Numbered from the stretch's first letter, positions 28,251 through 39,275 are shown. The stretch: 64,000 bases of DNA from Candidatus Brocadiales bacterium (GCA_046758865.1 JBHIBD010000003.1:4440-68439); one strand, 5' to 3'. The notes: a model not told the origin generated them from the letters alone. Made by a program: numbers and translations.

Positions 28251-28357
28251 TTTATTGTGGGGAGAGTTGCCCCTCCCTCCTTTCTGAACTTGTTATGGCA
28301 TTCATCGCAGTTGACTTGCACTATCAGAGTAGTGCGGTGCGTCAAGACGTCACGCCA
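28247..28357 (-). pseudogene. Relic of a third class-II cytochrome c paralogue (C-terminal helix only)
   Basis: Encodes ...LIVQVNCDECHNKFRKEGG. The DNA is alignable by eye to the 3-prime end of the upstream gene (ctttctgaacttgttatggcattcatcgcagt vs cttttctgaatttgtgatgacagtcctcacagt). No N-terminal part is present. Confidence 0.55.
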
Positions 28358-28400
28358 AGGGCGGACCTGCCTATGGCATGGCACCCTACTTCTACTTAGT

Positions 28401-28883
28401 CTACCCCTTCTCTTTTCTGAATTTGTGATGACAGTCCTCACAGTCTGCCTTCATGTTGTCGAAGTGGGTCCTGGCCAGGTCGTACTTGTTATATCTCTCT
28501 GCCATAAGGAGTTTGAGCACCTGGGTATAAAAATCCTGGCTTATGTTCACAAACTCCTCCGGTGCAAACCCGTACGTTTTTATGTAGAGGTTCACGCAGC
28601 GCTGCCCTATGAGGTCCTCTAGTTTCTTTGCCGAGACCCTTGCAGCGGTCCAGTTGCCGACATCCATTGCAGTCTCGAGGTTCTTCATATATTTTGCGGA
28701 GGCCTTCATGGCCTGCTTTAGCTCCTCGTCGGTCGCTCTCTCTGGGGCCTGCGCCTCTCTAAATGTTTCGGTTTCCTCCCATTCGGCAACGGGCTCCTCC
28801 TCCGAGGAGTAGTACCAATCACAGGACGGTAGGCATATAAGTAAACAAGACAATATTGCTGCTGTAAAGAGGCTTTGTCTCAC
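28401..28883 (-). CDS. Class II monohaem cytochrome c lipoprotein (paralogue of 27711-28250)
   Basis: Lipobox LPSC, acidic linker, and C-terminal CEDCHHKFRKEKG. Confidence 0.7.
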   Translation of the reverse strand: MRQSLFTAAILSCLLICLPSCDWYYSSEEEPVAEWEETETFREAQAPERATDEELKQAMKASAKYMKNLETAMDVGNWTAARVSAKKLEDLIGQRCVNLYIKTYGFAPEEFVNISQDFYTQVLKLLMAERYNKYDLARTHFDNMKADCEDCHHKFRKEKG

Positions 28884-28966
28884 GTTGCTGCTTTCTGAAT
28901 ATATACAGGATTTCCAATAGTATAGAGATGCAGAATCAGGGACTATATTCCCGGCATATCTCGGGT

Positions 28967-30208
28967 TTATTCCATTATAAGCATCTCCTTTGGAACGACA
29001 ACCACTCCATTTTCTGTGACTGTGAAGTGTCTTCTGTCTCTTTCGTGGTCACAACCTATAATTGTCCCGTCTGGGATATGCACACCCTTGTCTATTATGG
29101 CCTTGCGAATCTCTACGTTCCTGCCTATCCTTACTCCTTCCATGATGACGGAGTCTGAGATATCGGAGTTTACCTCTATTCTGACGTCTGGGGAGAGTAC
29201 GGAATTTTCCACCCTTGCCCCGCTGATTATGCACCCTGCCGAGAGGAGGCTGTTGAAGACCTCTCCCGTCCGCCCGTCGTCTCCGGCATAAACGGTCTTT
29301 GCGGGAGGGAATTGTTCCCGGTAGGTGCGTATTGGCCAATCGGTGTCGTAGAGGTTAAACACGGGATTGATGCTTACGAGGTCCATATTTGCATCCCAGT
29401 ATGCGTCTAGGGTCCCAATGTCCCGCCAGTACCTTACGGGGCTCTTATTCTCGTCTTCAAAGTTATATGCGTAAATTCTGTCTCTATCCAATATAGATGG
29501 GATTACGTCTCCGCCAAAATCATGCCTAGAATCCGTTTTGGAATCCTTGACTATCCTTCGGACAAGTGTTTTTGTGTTAAAGAGGTAGATACCCATGGAG
29601 GCCAGAACCCTATCTGGGTTGGAGGGCATGGGCTTGGGGTGTGAAGGCTTTTCGTGAAAGCCGGTTATTCTGTTCTCCTCATCGATTTCCATGATGCCGA
29701 AGCGGTGGGCCTCTTCTATGGGGACATCTACGCAGGAGACAGTCACATCGGCATTTTTCCCCATATGGAAGGCCAGCATCTTCCGATAGTCCATCTTGTA
29801 AACATGGTCACCGCCTAATATCAGGACCGTTTCGGGTCTTTCCCTTTCCAGGGTATATATGTTCTGATAAACGGCGTCTGCTGTACCGCGGTACCACTCG
29901 TGAGATATCCTCATCTGGGGTGGGATGATTTCGAGGTGGTCCCCCAGTTCGCTGCTGAAGATATTCCACCACCCTAACCGAATATGTCTGTCCAGTGACA
30001 TAGACTTGTACTGTGTAAGCAGTACGATTTTGTGGAGCCCGGAGTTAAGGCAGTTACTCAGGGTAAAGTCTATTATTCTGTAGATGCCGCCAAACGGTAC
30101 CGCAGGCTTTGCCCTGTCTTTCGTCAATGGATAGAGCCGCTGCCCCTCTCCGCCAGCAAGAACCATCACCAGCGCCTTTTTTAACACATCGGGGGCTGAT
30201 ATTGACAT
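28967..30208 (-). CDS. glgC: Glucose-1-phosphate adenylyltransferase
   Basis: LAGGEGQRLYPLTKDRAKPAVPFGG, followed by a left-handed beta-helix C-terminus. Confidence 0.92.
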   Translation of the reverse strand: MSISAPDVLKKALVMVLAGGEGQRLYPLTKDRAKPAVPFGGIYRIIDFTLSNCLNSGLHKIVLLTQYKSMSLDRHIRLGWWNIFSSELGDHLEIIPPQMRISHEWYRGTADAVYQNIYTLERERPETVLILGGDHVYKMDYRKMLAFHMGKNADVTVSCVDVPIEEAHRFGIMEIDEENRITGFHEKPSHPKPMPSNPDRVLASMGIYLFNTKTLVRRIVKDSKTDSRHDFGGDVIPSILDRDRIYAYNFEDENKSPVRYWRDIGTLDAYWDANMDLVSINPVFNLYDTDWPIRTYREQFPPAKTVYAGDDGRTGEVFNSLLSAGCIISGARVENSVLSPDVRIEVNSDISDSVIMEGVRIGRNVEIRKAIIDKGVHIPDGTIIGCDHERDRRHFTVTENGVVVVPKEMLIME

Positions 30209-30214
30209 GTCTCT

Positions 30215-30580
30215 TTATGGTGATTCTTTCTTGAACAGTATTTCTTTTATTGTCTTTTTGAGTTCCATGAGGTCGGAGGATTTTACCACATAAGCGTCAG
30301 CAGACCAGGTCATGAAGTTGTCCTTGTAACTTGAGTAGGCGGTGTTGATGATAATGGGAATCTTGTTGTCTTCTCCCAGGATTTTTCCCATTGCCTCGAT
30401 ACCGTCCATCCCGGGCATGCTTATGTCCATTACCACCAGGTCCGGCGGGTTTAGCTTTGCCATGGTCACGGCCTCTCGACCATCTCTGGCAACCTCTACC
30501 CTGTAGCCCTCTTCGCTGAGTTCGTGTTTATAAAGGAGACACTGGTTTTTGTCGTCCTCTACCACCAAGATTGTTGTCAT
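30215..30580 (-). CDS. Single-domain response regulator (CheY-like receiver)
   Basis: ILVVEDD...DLVVMDISMPGMDG...K. It overlaps the HK stop by 4 nt. Confidence 0.88.
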   Translation of the reverse strand: MTTILVVEDDKNQCLLYKHELSEEGYRVEVARDGREAVTMAKLNPPDLVVMDISMPGMDGIEAMGKILGEDNKIPIIINTAYSSYKDNFMTWSADAYVVKSSDLMELKKTIKEILFKKESP

Positions 30581-32847
30581 TGTCCGCCCCCCTTCTTAAG
30601 GTCTTCCTTTGCGTCCCGTGTGGGAAGCAGTATGGAAAATACGCTTCCGCGTCCTGCCGCACTAGAGACGCTGAGTGTGCCCTCGTGGTCGTCTATTATC
30701 TTATGACTTACCGCAAGACCGACGCCGGTTCCAGCAGTCTTTGTCGTGAAAAACGGGGTGAAGAGTTTCCCTATTACCTCCGGGGGGATACCTTCCCCTG
30801 TATCGGCAAAATCTATCTTAATCGAATTGTCTTCTACACACGTCTTTACAGTTAGTGTACCACCTTCCGGCATAGACTCTACAGCGTTTTTTATAAGGTT
30901 CAGGAACACCTGCTTCATCTGGGCCGGATCAACAAGGGCCTCTGGGAGATTGTGCCCAAGTTCTTTGTGTACAGTTATTCCCATTTCCCCGAGATAGCGC
31001 TCTGTCAGCGCCAAGGTGTCTTCCATCAAATTATTTATGTGCACCTCAGTTTTCCGAGGTTCCGCAGGCTTGCTGAACTCTCTTATATTATCCAGTATTT
31101 TCTCAAGCCTTTTTACCTCTTGTACGATGATTTTGGAGCTTGTGTGTATCTTTTCATTCTCTGTACTGAGGCGTTCTATGGAGCGCGCAAATCCTCCTAT
31201 GGTGACTAACGGGTTTCGTATCTCATGGGCTACGTATGAGGCTATCTCACCCATGGCTACAAGCCTTTCTGAACGCAGGAGTTTCTCCTGGGTCTCGGTT
31301 AGCTGGCGCATCTTGTCCTCCAGTTTCTTGTAGGTCTCAGCATTCTCGATAGCCAGGGCTGCGGATTCAGCAAACGTATTCAAAATACTTACGTGCTCTT
31401 CTGTTATCGGTTCACCGCTATATAAATTGTCTGCTACAATTACCCCTATGGCCCTGCCCTTTACCATGAGAGGCACACATACAAATTCTTTTGCCCCAAT
31501 GGCATTCCGGAATTCCCTGGTCACCCTGGGGTCATGGTCTGCGTCCTTTACTACAAGCGGCACCTTTTCTTTCAGGCACCTTATCACTATTTCGTCTTCA
31601 TTCGAAATGGGAAAGGCCATAAGTTTGGTCTTTATGCTGAGTTGCGTGTCCAGAGGGCCCAGTTCTACTACGTCCTTCAGCAGGCCCTCTAATGTTTGAT
31701 GCTTAGATATCTCTTGCCATACATTGTGTGCCTCCCCCATATCTGAGGGCCCTATAGCCATCTTACCGCAGACCGCTCCTTGCTCCTGATTCATGAGGAA
31801 CAGCATTGCGCGGTTAAACCCCAGGGCATGACCAGCAGTTACGCAGGTGAGAACCAACTGAAACACCTTGTCAAGTTTGAGGGTGTACTGTAGTGCGTCA
31901 CTGAGTTGGGTCAGGAGGGAAAGCTGGTGTATCCTCTTTTCTCTATCTGTGATATCCATTGACAAGAGCAATACCCTTCCAACGTCGCCCTTATCATCTC
32001 TCATTGGTATACCGATATTCTCAATGTACCTCCGTCGACCTTCTTTGACAAGAACCTTGATGTCATGGAACCGACTTTTCCCCCGCTCAAAGGCCTCCTT
32101 TGCAGGACAGATAATCTCTTCACATTGAAAGATTCCCCGACACGATGTACCCACCGCCGACCCTGGGAGACCCCATATCTCAGAAAGCTTCTTATTGGCC
32201 CAGGTGATATTAAGCTCCCTGTCCATCAGACAAATCCCTATATCCAGGGCATCAACAACATATTGGAGTTTGTTCTTCTCCTGACGCAATATCTCTTCAG
32301 ACCTTTTTATATTTCGGAAGAGTATAGTATTCTCTGTGGCCATAGCCAATTGGGGTGAGACCTGCTCCAGGAGGTTTATGTGGGCGGTGGAGAAGTTATT
32401 GGGCCTTTTACTACCGAGGTTAATGTTCCCAATAACCTTCCCCTTTACTTTGAGGGGTACGCCTAATCGGGACCGTATTCCCTCTCGTAATAGCAAGATA
32501 TTCGTGGAGATCTCTTTACTTTCGGTGTCTTCTACGATTACAGGCTCGCCAGTGGTAGTTGTTTTCTCTAGGAGGCTTCCTTTCAGTGGATAGGGGCCCC
32601 CTTCTTTCAGCACTACGTTGTCATAATCGGTGGACATTACATAGGTAATGGCCATGTCCTTCTTCTCGCCAAGGAGCGAGATGCTTGCCCTGTCAAAATC
32701 CACCGCCCTCTTTAGTTCAGCTACTATACTGGTGTAAGTGTCTCTTATATCAAGTGTAGTGGCTATTATTCTATGTATATTATCCACCACTTCCCTTTGT
32801 AGCTGGTCTGTTTCTACAGTCTTCATATCGGTGGCCTTATAAGCCAT
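30577..32847 (-). CDS. GAF/PAS sensor histidine kinase
   Basis: H-box SYVAHEIRNPL plus the N, G1 and G2 boxes (NLIKNAVES, DTGEGI, GTGVGLAVS). Confidence 0.9.
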   Translation of the reverse strand: MAYKATDMKTVETDQLQREVVDNIHRIIATTLDIRDTYTSIVAELKRAVDFDRASISLLGEKKDMAITYVMSTDYDNVVLKEGGPYPLKGSLLEKTTTTGEPVIVEDTESKEISTNILLLREGIRSRLGVPLKVKGKVIGNINLGSKRPNNFSTAHINLLEQVSPQLAMATENTILFRNIKRSEEILRQEKNKLQYVVDALDIGICLMDRELNITWANKKLSEIWGLPGSAVGTSCRGIFQCEEIICPAKEAFERGKSRFHDIKVLVKEGRRRYIENIGIPMRDDKGDVGRVLLLSMDITDREKRIHQLSLLTQLSDALQYTLKLDKVFQLVLTCVTAGHALGFNRAMLFLMNQEQGAVCGKMAIGPSDMGEAHNVWQEISKHQTLEGLLKDVVELGPLDTQLSIKTKLMAFPISNEDEIVIRCLKEKVPLVVKDADHDPRVTREFRNAIGAKEFVCVPLMVKGRAIGVIVADNLYSGEPITEEHVSILNTFAESAALAIENAETYKKLEDKMRQLTETQEKLLRSERLVAMGEIASYVAHEIRNPLVTIGGFARSIERLSTENEKIHTSSKIIVQEVKRLEKILDNIREFSKPAEPRKTEVHINNLMEDTLALTERYLGEMGITVHKELGHNLPEALVDPAQMKQVFLNLIKNAVESMPEGGTLTVKTCVEDNSIKIDFADTGEGIPPEVIGKLFTPFFTTKTAGTGVGLAVSHKIIDDHEGTLSVSSAAGRGSVFSILLPTRDAKEDLKKGGGQ

Positions 32848-32886
32848 GCAGTGTTATTTCTTAGGCGTTTTCTCTAATTATACATT

Positions 32887-33147
32887 TTACCCTATAGCCC
32901 TCGGCAATTCCTCAATTTTCTTGTCTCCTGCGACGAGAGCTCTGTATCTGGTTTTCACCGCAAGATTTAGCTGATTTGGGCCAACCACATCGTGGCCATG
33001 AAGACTACCTCTTTTTGCCTTGAAGATGGGGAAGGCATAGATATCAGAAATTCCAGTTCCGTGGAGGTAGTCTATGATGTTCTTTGCCTCTTTGAACCTA
33101 AAGGAAGGATTGAACTGGAGCCTGTAGGTGGTAAGGGGAATTCTCAT
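32887..33147 (-). pseudogene. Stub of malto-oligosyltrehalose synthase (TreY-like N-terminus, 86 aa)
   Basis: MRIPLTTYRLQFNPSFRFKEAKNIIDYLHGTGISDIYAFPIFKAKRGSLHGHDV matches the TreY N-terminal signature. The ORF stops after 86 aa, whereas TreY is a much larger, roughly 10-fold longer, protein. Its ATG overlaps the GH57 stop (TGATG). Confidence 0.55.
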
Positions 33148-35567
33148 CAGGGGACCTTTACATGGAGATGACGACCTAGCTTGTAGAAGGCCTCCAACCA
33201 CTGGTTGGGAAAATACCATCCCCTCTTTGCCCTTTCCTTCATGGTGCTGGTAAATTTCTTTCCGATGGCGAAATATATGTTTTGGGCCTTCCAAAGGTCC
33301 AGGTCAATTGATAAAGAAGTTAATAACTGCAGGACATTGTCCACTTTTTCAATGAGCGCAATATCCTCAGGCCTTCGACTTAGCTTTTCCATAAGGGAGT
33401 TTACCCGAGAGCATGCAATGAAACCAATTGTAGTCGTATCCACCTCAATAGACCATCTCTTAGCCTCATTTATTAAACTCTCAAGTTTTCCTGTGTCCAG
33501 GTCGTTTTCCTCAAAAACTCTCCTCAGGTCTCGGTTCACTATATATTCTGTGGCCACTGAAATGGGCCTGGGGAGGGGTATTTGCAGGTGTTGGAAGAAG
33601 TTCATTAAGGTATAGTTGTTCTCAAATATTTGCCGATAAGAGGCCTCGATTCCTTCGTAAGTGGAGTAGAGTGTCTGGTTCAGTATCTTCCTCTGCTCGT
33701 CTCTGAAAAGATGCCATACGGAATAAGTGTTAGGACCGAAATGCTTATCCAGAAGTCTTATTACCTCTGGGGTATCCCCTTTTTCAAATGCTCCTTTAAT
33801 CGCTACTTGCATAAGTGAAAAGTTCTCTTCTCCTGAAAAATCTCTGACCCCCCCTTTTATATTGTGGTCCCCAAGGTGCAATACGGCAAAGCTAATGGTC
33901 CTTTCATCCCAGGTTTTATTTGAAAGGAGGTTAGCCTTTCCTATGGCGAGGTTTAGTCTTCCGGCCCCGATTTTTTCATGTTGCTCGCTCCTGACAGTAT
34001 AGCAAAATAGGTTTATTGATTTGGGATATTCCTCAAAGACAGAGGATATGGCATAGTGGGCGCCAACCCTTAGGAGGTCAACCCTAGAAGGTTTTTCCAG
34101 CATTTCATAACACTTTGCCCCATTTTCAAATACATTACTAGGGGCCTTTTCCAGGATCTTCAGATATTCGGGTTCAAGCGATACGGACTGTAACTCTTCC
34201 AGGTACTGCATGGCCGCTGCCGCATAATGCATAACTTGAACACTCTCTATACCTGCGATCTCATCAAAAAACCAGCCACAACTGGTGTACATCAACATGG
34301 CACTTCTTTGCATCTCAAGGAGCTTTAGAACCCTCATCTTTTCTTCTTTTGCAAGGTCTTTGATGGCATGTTTCTTAAAAAATCCCTCTACACTGTCTGT
34401 TGATCTATCAAGGATGACATTGACGTAGCCGTTTCTGGCGTCCCACGGGGAGCTTAGATATCTGGTGGCCTCCTGTTCAAAAAAGGGAATCAGTCTATCC
34501 CTCAGCCAGTCCATGGCCTCTCTTAAAGGTCTTCTCCAGGCCTGGGTCCATCCCTGATGCATACCTGAATTACAGCCGCAATTATCTCTCCATCTTTCTA
34601 CGCCATGGATACAACTCCAGGAGGAGTTCTCAAAGATCTCAACTGCATGGGTGGGAGGGTACTTTGCAAGGTATTCCCCGTAATTGGTCAGCCTTGCAAG
34701 GTTTTGGGTCTCAATAAGGTGCAGGCAATAAGCAAGGGCCATATCGCCACGGTGACGGTGGTGGCCATAAGTTTCTCCGTCGGTTGCAATGTGTACCAGT
34801 TGGGGCCAGTCTTTATGGTCGGTAAATCCTTCAAGCAACCTCTTTGCAAAGACCTCTCCATTGTTCAATACCTCTCCAAAGGCAGCATCATGAGAGATAG
34901 ACCTATCATAGAAGAAAAGGCTTATTGTCCTTCCAGATGGCAGGGAGCAGAGGTATGGCATGGCAGGGTCAATCTTTCCGCCACTTACGTCCAGCCACTC
35001 TGTTTCGTCAAGTTTTCTTATGCTTTTCGCCTGGCGAGGTGCGAGTATGGTGAACTTCATCCCCAGTTCCGCCAGCACTTCAAGGGTCTCTAGGTCAACA
35101 GCGGTCTCCGGAAGCCACATCCCTTCTGGAAATCTTCCGAATCGGTTCTGAAAGTCATTTATTCCCCATATTGTCTGGGTGTATTTATCCCTCTTGTTCG
35201 CAAGAGGCATAATCATATGGTTATAGACCTGGGCTATCGCAGAACCATGCCCTGAGAATCTTTCCATGCTTAACTTGTCCGCATCAAGTATTGCCTGATA
35301 GACGTCCAGGTTGTGGACTTCTAACCAACTGAGAAGTGTTGGACCAAAGTTAAAACTTATTTTTGAGTAATTGTTGACAATATCAATAATCCTTCCATCT
35401 GAATCAAGGATTCGGGAGGCGGTATTGGGGGCGTAGCATTCTGCGGTTATTCTTTCATTCCAGTCATGATAGGGGTAGGCCGAATCTTGCAGTTCTATCT
35501 CTTCAAGCCAGAGATTCTCTCTTGGGGGTTGGTAAAAGTGTCCATGGATACAGATAAACCTGTGCAT
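33147..35567 (-). CDS. Glycoside hydrolase family 57 protein (alpha-amylase/branching-type) with a long C-terminal extension
   Basis: CIHGHFYQPPRENLW...ATDGETYGHH. The ATG at 35567 is preceded by GGAGGAG. The ORF-track start at 35636 is over-extended. Confidence 0.88.
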   Translation of the reverse strand: MHRFICIHGHFYQPPRENLWLEEIELQDSAYPYHDWNERITAECYAPNTASRILDSDGRIIDIVNNYSKISFNFGPTLLSWLEVHNLDVYQAILDADKLSMERFSGHGSAIAQVYNHMIMPLANKRDKYTQTIWGINDFQNRFGRFPEGMWLPETAVDLETLEVLAELGMKFTILAPRQAKSIRKLDETEWLDVSGGKIDPAMPYLCSLPSGRTISLFFYDRSISHDAAFGEVLNNGEVFAKRLLEGFTDHKDWPQLVHIATDGETYGHHRHRGDMALAYCLHLIETQNLARLTNYGEYLAKYPPTHAVEIFENSSWSCIHGVERWRDNCGCNSGMHQGWTQAWRRPLREAMDWLRDRLIPFFEQEATRYLSSPWDARNGYVNVILDRSTDSVEGFFKKHAIKDLAKEEKMRVLKLLEMQRSAMLMYTSCGWFFDEIAGIESVQVMHYAAAAMQYLEELQSVSLEPEYLKILEKAPSNVFENGAKCYEMLEKPSRVDLLRVGAHYAISSVFEEYPKSINLFCYTVRSEQHEKIGAGRLNLAIGKANLLSNKTWDERTISFAVLHLGDHNIKGGVRDFSGEENFSLMQVAIKGAFEKGDTPEVIRLLDKHFGPNTYSVWHLFRDEQRKILNQTLYSTYEGIEASYRQIFENNYTLMNFFQHLQIPLPRPISVATEYIVNRDLRRVFEENDLDTGKLESLINEAKRWSIEVDTTTIGFIACSRVNSLMEKLSRRPEDIALIEKVDNVLQLLTSLSIDLDLWKAQNIYFAIGKKFTSTMKERAKRGWYFPNQWLEAFYKLGRHLHVKVP

Positions 35568-35789
35568 TACTGGAAAGTCTCCTCCTTGCACACTGCAAAG
35601 CATGATTATAAAGGTAGAGTGCATCGGAAGGAACATTCTCTACTGTTGCCCTTCAGTATCCTTCCCCTTCCCTTTCCATGGGAATGATCCTTTCCACCGG
35701 TGAGACTATCCTTAACTCCACCTTCTTCAAAAAAGGGGCCCAAACCACAGATTCACATCTTCCCTCTCGCAGGTATTCCACCCCTATTC

Positions 35790-37757
35790 TCATACTTTAT
35801 TTTCTGACCATTTAAAGAACAGGACACCAAGGGGGGGTAATGTCAATGAAAGGGTGTAATGCCTGCCATGTGCCGGGATTGGGGTAGCTTCTGCCATGCC
35901 CAAGTTCCCATGGCCACTGCCCCCATATTCCTTTGCATCGCTGTTAAGTACCTCTTTCCAGGGACCATCCCTTGGAACCCCTACCCTATAGTCATATCTA
36001 GGAACGGGTGTGAAATTGCAGATTACAAGGACTATTTCGCTAGGGTTTCTACCCTTTCTTATGAAACTTATGATGCTCTGCTCCCAATCGTGAGAGTCTA
36101 TCCACTCAAAGCCTTCGGGGTTAAAATCCAGCTCGTACAAGGCCTGCTCGGTTGTGTAAAGACGGTTCAGGTCTCTAATCCATCTCTGTATTCCCTGATG
36201 AAGGAGATACCGGAGGACATGCCATTCTAAGCTCTCTTCATGGTTCCACTCCCTCCATTGGCCAAACTCCCCACCCATAAATAGGAGTTTTTTTCCCGGG
36301 TGGCCGTACATATACCCAAATAAAAGCCTAAGGTTTGCAAACTTTTGCCATTCATCGCCTGGCATCTTCCCGATGAGCGAGCCCTTTCCATGTACCACTT
36401 CATCATGCGAAAGAGGTAGGATAAAGTTTTCGGTGAATGCGTACAACAGGCTAAAGGGAAGGAGGTTGTGGTGATACTTCCTGTAAATAGGGTCTTTTGA
36501 GAAGTATTCCAGTGTATCGTGCATCCACCCCATGTTCCATTTCTTACCAAAACCAAGTCCGCCTACATAGGTGGGTCTTGAAACCATAGGCCAGGCGGTA
36601 GACTCCTCAGCCACGGTTTGTACATCGGGATGGGTTATGTAAACCATCTCGTTAAATCTCTTTAAAAAACTTATTGCTTCTATATTTTCTCTGCCTCCAT
36701 ACTGGTTGGGTATCCACTCTCCCTCACGCCTTGAGTAGTCAAGGTAGAGCATGGAGGCAACGGCATCTACCCTGATGCCATCAATATGATATTTATCCAA
36801 CCAGAAGAGGGCGCTACTGATGAGAAAGGCCCTGACCTCGTTTCTGCCGTAGTTAAAGATGTAACTGTTCCAATCCGGGTGAAAACCCTTCCTGGGGTCT
36901 GCATGCTCGTAAAGGTGTGTTCCATCAAAGTAGGCGAGCCCATGTTCGTCCGATGGAAAATGGGAAGGTACCCAATCAAGTAGGACGCCTATACCGTTCT
37001 GATGAAGGTAATCAACCAGGTACATGAAATCCTGAGGGCTTCCATATCTACTGGTGGGGGCAAAATAGCCTACCGTCTGATACCCCCAAGAACCGTAAAA
37101 GGGATGTTCCATAATTGGCAGAAACTTCACGTGGGTAAAGCCAATATCCTTTACATAATCTACAAGGTAATGGGCCAACTCCCTGTAAGTTAGAAATCTA
37201 TTTCCCTCTTCAGGGACCCTTCTCCACGAACCAAGATGGACCTCATACATGGCAAGGGGGGCATTAAGCGAGTTAGATTTTTCCCTCTTCTCCATCCACT
37301 TACTGTCAGCCCATTTATAGTTCAGGTCCCATGCTATGGAGGCGGTTTTAGGTGGCCTTTCCCAACAAAAAGCAAAGGGGTCGCCTTTATCTACCCTGTA
37401 GCCATTGTACCTGGAGACTACATGATACTTGTAAACAGTTCCACTATCAATACCCCCAATAAACCCTTCCCAGATCCCTGAGTCATCCGCCCTTGGCCTT
37501 AGGAGATGAGACTCCTTATCCCATAGATTAAAGTCTCCTATAACTGAGACCCTTTCAGCATTTGGAGCCCACACGGCAAAGTATGCCCCTTTTACGCCAT
37601 CAACTTTTATGAGGTGGGAGCCAAGTTTTTCGTAGAGTTTAAAATGACTGCCTTCCTTAAAGAGGTATATATCATGAGCAGTAAGGAAGCTCATGTCAGA
37701 TACGTAACTTTTTCTTTTTTCCATCGTCTTGAGAGCTCTGTAAGGCACCGTATTCAC
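35790..37757 (-). CDS. glgB: 1,4-alpha-glucan branching enzyme
   Basis: GH13 motifs [23 protein letters not shown] and LPLSHDEV. Start is GTG at 37757 or ATG at 37724. Confidence 0.92.
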   Translation of the reverse strand: MNTVPYRALKTMEKRKSYVSDMSFLTAHDIYLFKEGSHFKLYEKLGSHLIKVDGVKGAYFAVWAPNAERVSVIGDFNLWDKESHLLRPRADDSGIWEGFIGGIDSGTVYKYHVVSRYNGYRVDKGDPFAFCWERPPKTASIAWDLNYKWADSKWMEKREKSNSLNAPLAMYEVHLGSWRRVPEEGNRFLTYRELAHYLVDYVKDIGFTHVKFLPIMEHPFYGSWGYQTVGYFAPTSRYGSPQDFMYLVDYLHQNGIGVLLDWVPSHFPSDEHGLAYFDGTHLYEHADPRKGFHPDWNSYIFNYGRNEVRAFLISSALFWLDKYHIDGIRVDAVASMLYLDYSRREGEWIPNQYGGRENIEAISFLKRFNEMVYITHPDVQTVAEESTAWPMVSRPTYVGGLGFGKKWNMGWMHDTLEYFSKDPIYRKYHHNLLPFSLLYAFTENFILPLSHDEVVHGKGSLIGKMPGDEWQKFANLRLLFGYMYGHPGKKLLFMGGEFGQWREWNHEESLEWHVLRYLLHQGIQRWIRDLNRLYTTEQALYELDFNPEGFEWIDSHDWEQSIISFIRKGRNPSEIVLVICNFTPVPRYDYRVGVPRDGPWKEVLNSDAKEYGGSGHGNLGMAEATPIPAHGRHYTLSLTLPPLGVLFFKWSENKV

Positions 37758-37832
37758 CTCCTATACACGTGCTAGACGGGTCTGATTTCCGAGACCTGCT
37801 TTCTTAATATCTGTCTCCAACCTGGCCCATTT

Positions 37833-39275
37833 CTAACACCTTATCCCCTTGAGGGCATCTTGATAGAGGTTTGCATAGAGTCTGGCGCTCTTTTCCCAAG
37901 ACCAGTCTTGAAGCATCCCCCTCCTCATCAGCTCTGTCCATCTAGCCCTGTCATCGTACGTTTCTACCGCCTTTCGTACGGCTTTCAACATCTCCTCTGA
38001 AGAGTAAGATTCAAATAGAAATCCCACTGAGGTGCTTATAGTATCGGCAAGGCCCCCAGTATTGCGCACTATGGGTACTGTCCCGTACTTCAAACTATAC
38101 AGTTGATTGAGTCCACATGGCTCATACTTAGAGGGCATGAGGAACATATCTGCCCCAGCCTCTATCTCGTGGGAGAGTTGGTTGTCGAAGCCAATGTTGA
38201 TAGATGCCTTGCCTGGATATTTGTCCGCAAGGGACTTTAGGGCCTCCTGGTACTTCTTGTCACCTGTGCCGAGTAAGATGAACTCTACGTCTAGTTTCAT
38301 CAACTCACCCCAGCACTCGATTATCAGTTCTATACCCTTCTGTACGGTGAGCCTGCTTATCATCCCTATTAAGGGCACCTCCCTCTCTGCGAGTCCGACC
38401 TTTTTCTGAAGGTGTCTCTTGCATCTACTCTTCCCTTCCAGGTTATCTGGGCCATATCTGGCAGGGATGAGCCTGTCTTCCTCCGGATTCCACACCGAGT
38501 AGTCTATTCCGTTTACTATGCCATACAGGTCCTTGCCCCTCTCCTTCAGTATTCTGTGGAGGCCCGCACCGAACTCCTCCGTCTGTATCTCCTCGGCATA
38601 TTTTTTACTCACCGTTGTGATTATGTCTGAGAAGACTATGCCAGCCTTTAATAGATTAATCTTACCGTCGTACTCCAGTTGCTCCCAATTGTAGTATCCG
38701 GTGCCCAGCCCCGTGACCCGCAAGTCCTCTTTCGGAAAGAGCCCCTGATAGGCAAGGTTGTGGATGGTCAGCACGGTAAGCGCGCCCTTGAAGTAGTCGT
38801 CGTCCTTGTAAAGACTCTTAAGGTAAGTGGGGACCATAGCCGACTGCCAGTCATTGGCATGCACGACATCTGGTCTGATACCTATGGACCTTACCGTCTC
38901 CAGCACAGCACGAGAGAAGAAGGTGAATCTCTCGCAGTTGTCTGCATAACCCTCTCCGGCGGAAGGGTCTACGTATAATTCATCCCTGTCGTAATAGTCC
39001 TTATTTTCTATAAAGTACACGGGTATTTCCGTGCCAGGCATGTGTGTTTTGTATACAAGGCCTGTTACCAACTTATTGTTAATGGTAACGGATGGCTTCT
39101 CGCCAGTGGGAGATAGCTTAAAACCGTCACGCCTTACGTGTCTGTAGAGAGGCATGAATATAGATACCTCATGGCCGAGCTTTTGCAGGCTTTTTGGGAG
39201 AGAACCGGCTACGTCTCCCAATCCACCTGTTCTGGCAAATGGTGCGACCTCTGAAGAGACGTAAATTATGTTCAT
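37833..39275 (-). CDS. glgA: Glycogen synthase
   Basis: SSEVAPFARTGGLGDV; GT5 family along the whole length. Confidence 0.92.
   Translation of the reverse strand: MNIIYVSSEVAPFARTGGLGDVAGSLPKSLQKLGHEVSIFMPLYRHVRRDGFKLSPTGEKPSVTINNKLVTGLVYKTHMPGTEIPVYFIENKDYYDRDELYVDPSAGEGYADNCERFTFFSRAVLETVRSIGIRPDVVHANDWQSAMVPTYLKSLYKDDDYFKGALTVLTIHNLAYQGLFPKEDLRVTGLGTGYYNWEQLEYDGKINLLKAGIVFSDIITTVSKKYAEEIQTEEFGAGLHRILKERGKDLYGIVNGIDYSVWNPEEDRLIPARYGPDNLEGKSRCKRHLQKKVGLAEREVPLIGMISRLTVQKGIELIIECWGELMKLDVEFILLGTGDKKYQEALKSLADKYPGKASINIGFDNQLSHEIEAGADMFLMPSKYEPCGLNQLYSLKYGTVPIVRNTGGLADTISTSVGFLFESYSSEEMLKAVRKAVETYDDRARWTELMRRGMLQDWSWEKSARLYANLYQDALKGIRC

Noticed and set aside
32887-33294. The full 135-aa ORF 32887-33294 considered as a gene.
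   Set aside because: Its first 49 codons overlap the GH57 C-terminus in another frame. Only the part from the ATG at 33147 (the TreY-like stub) has recognisable similarity.
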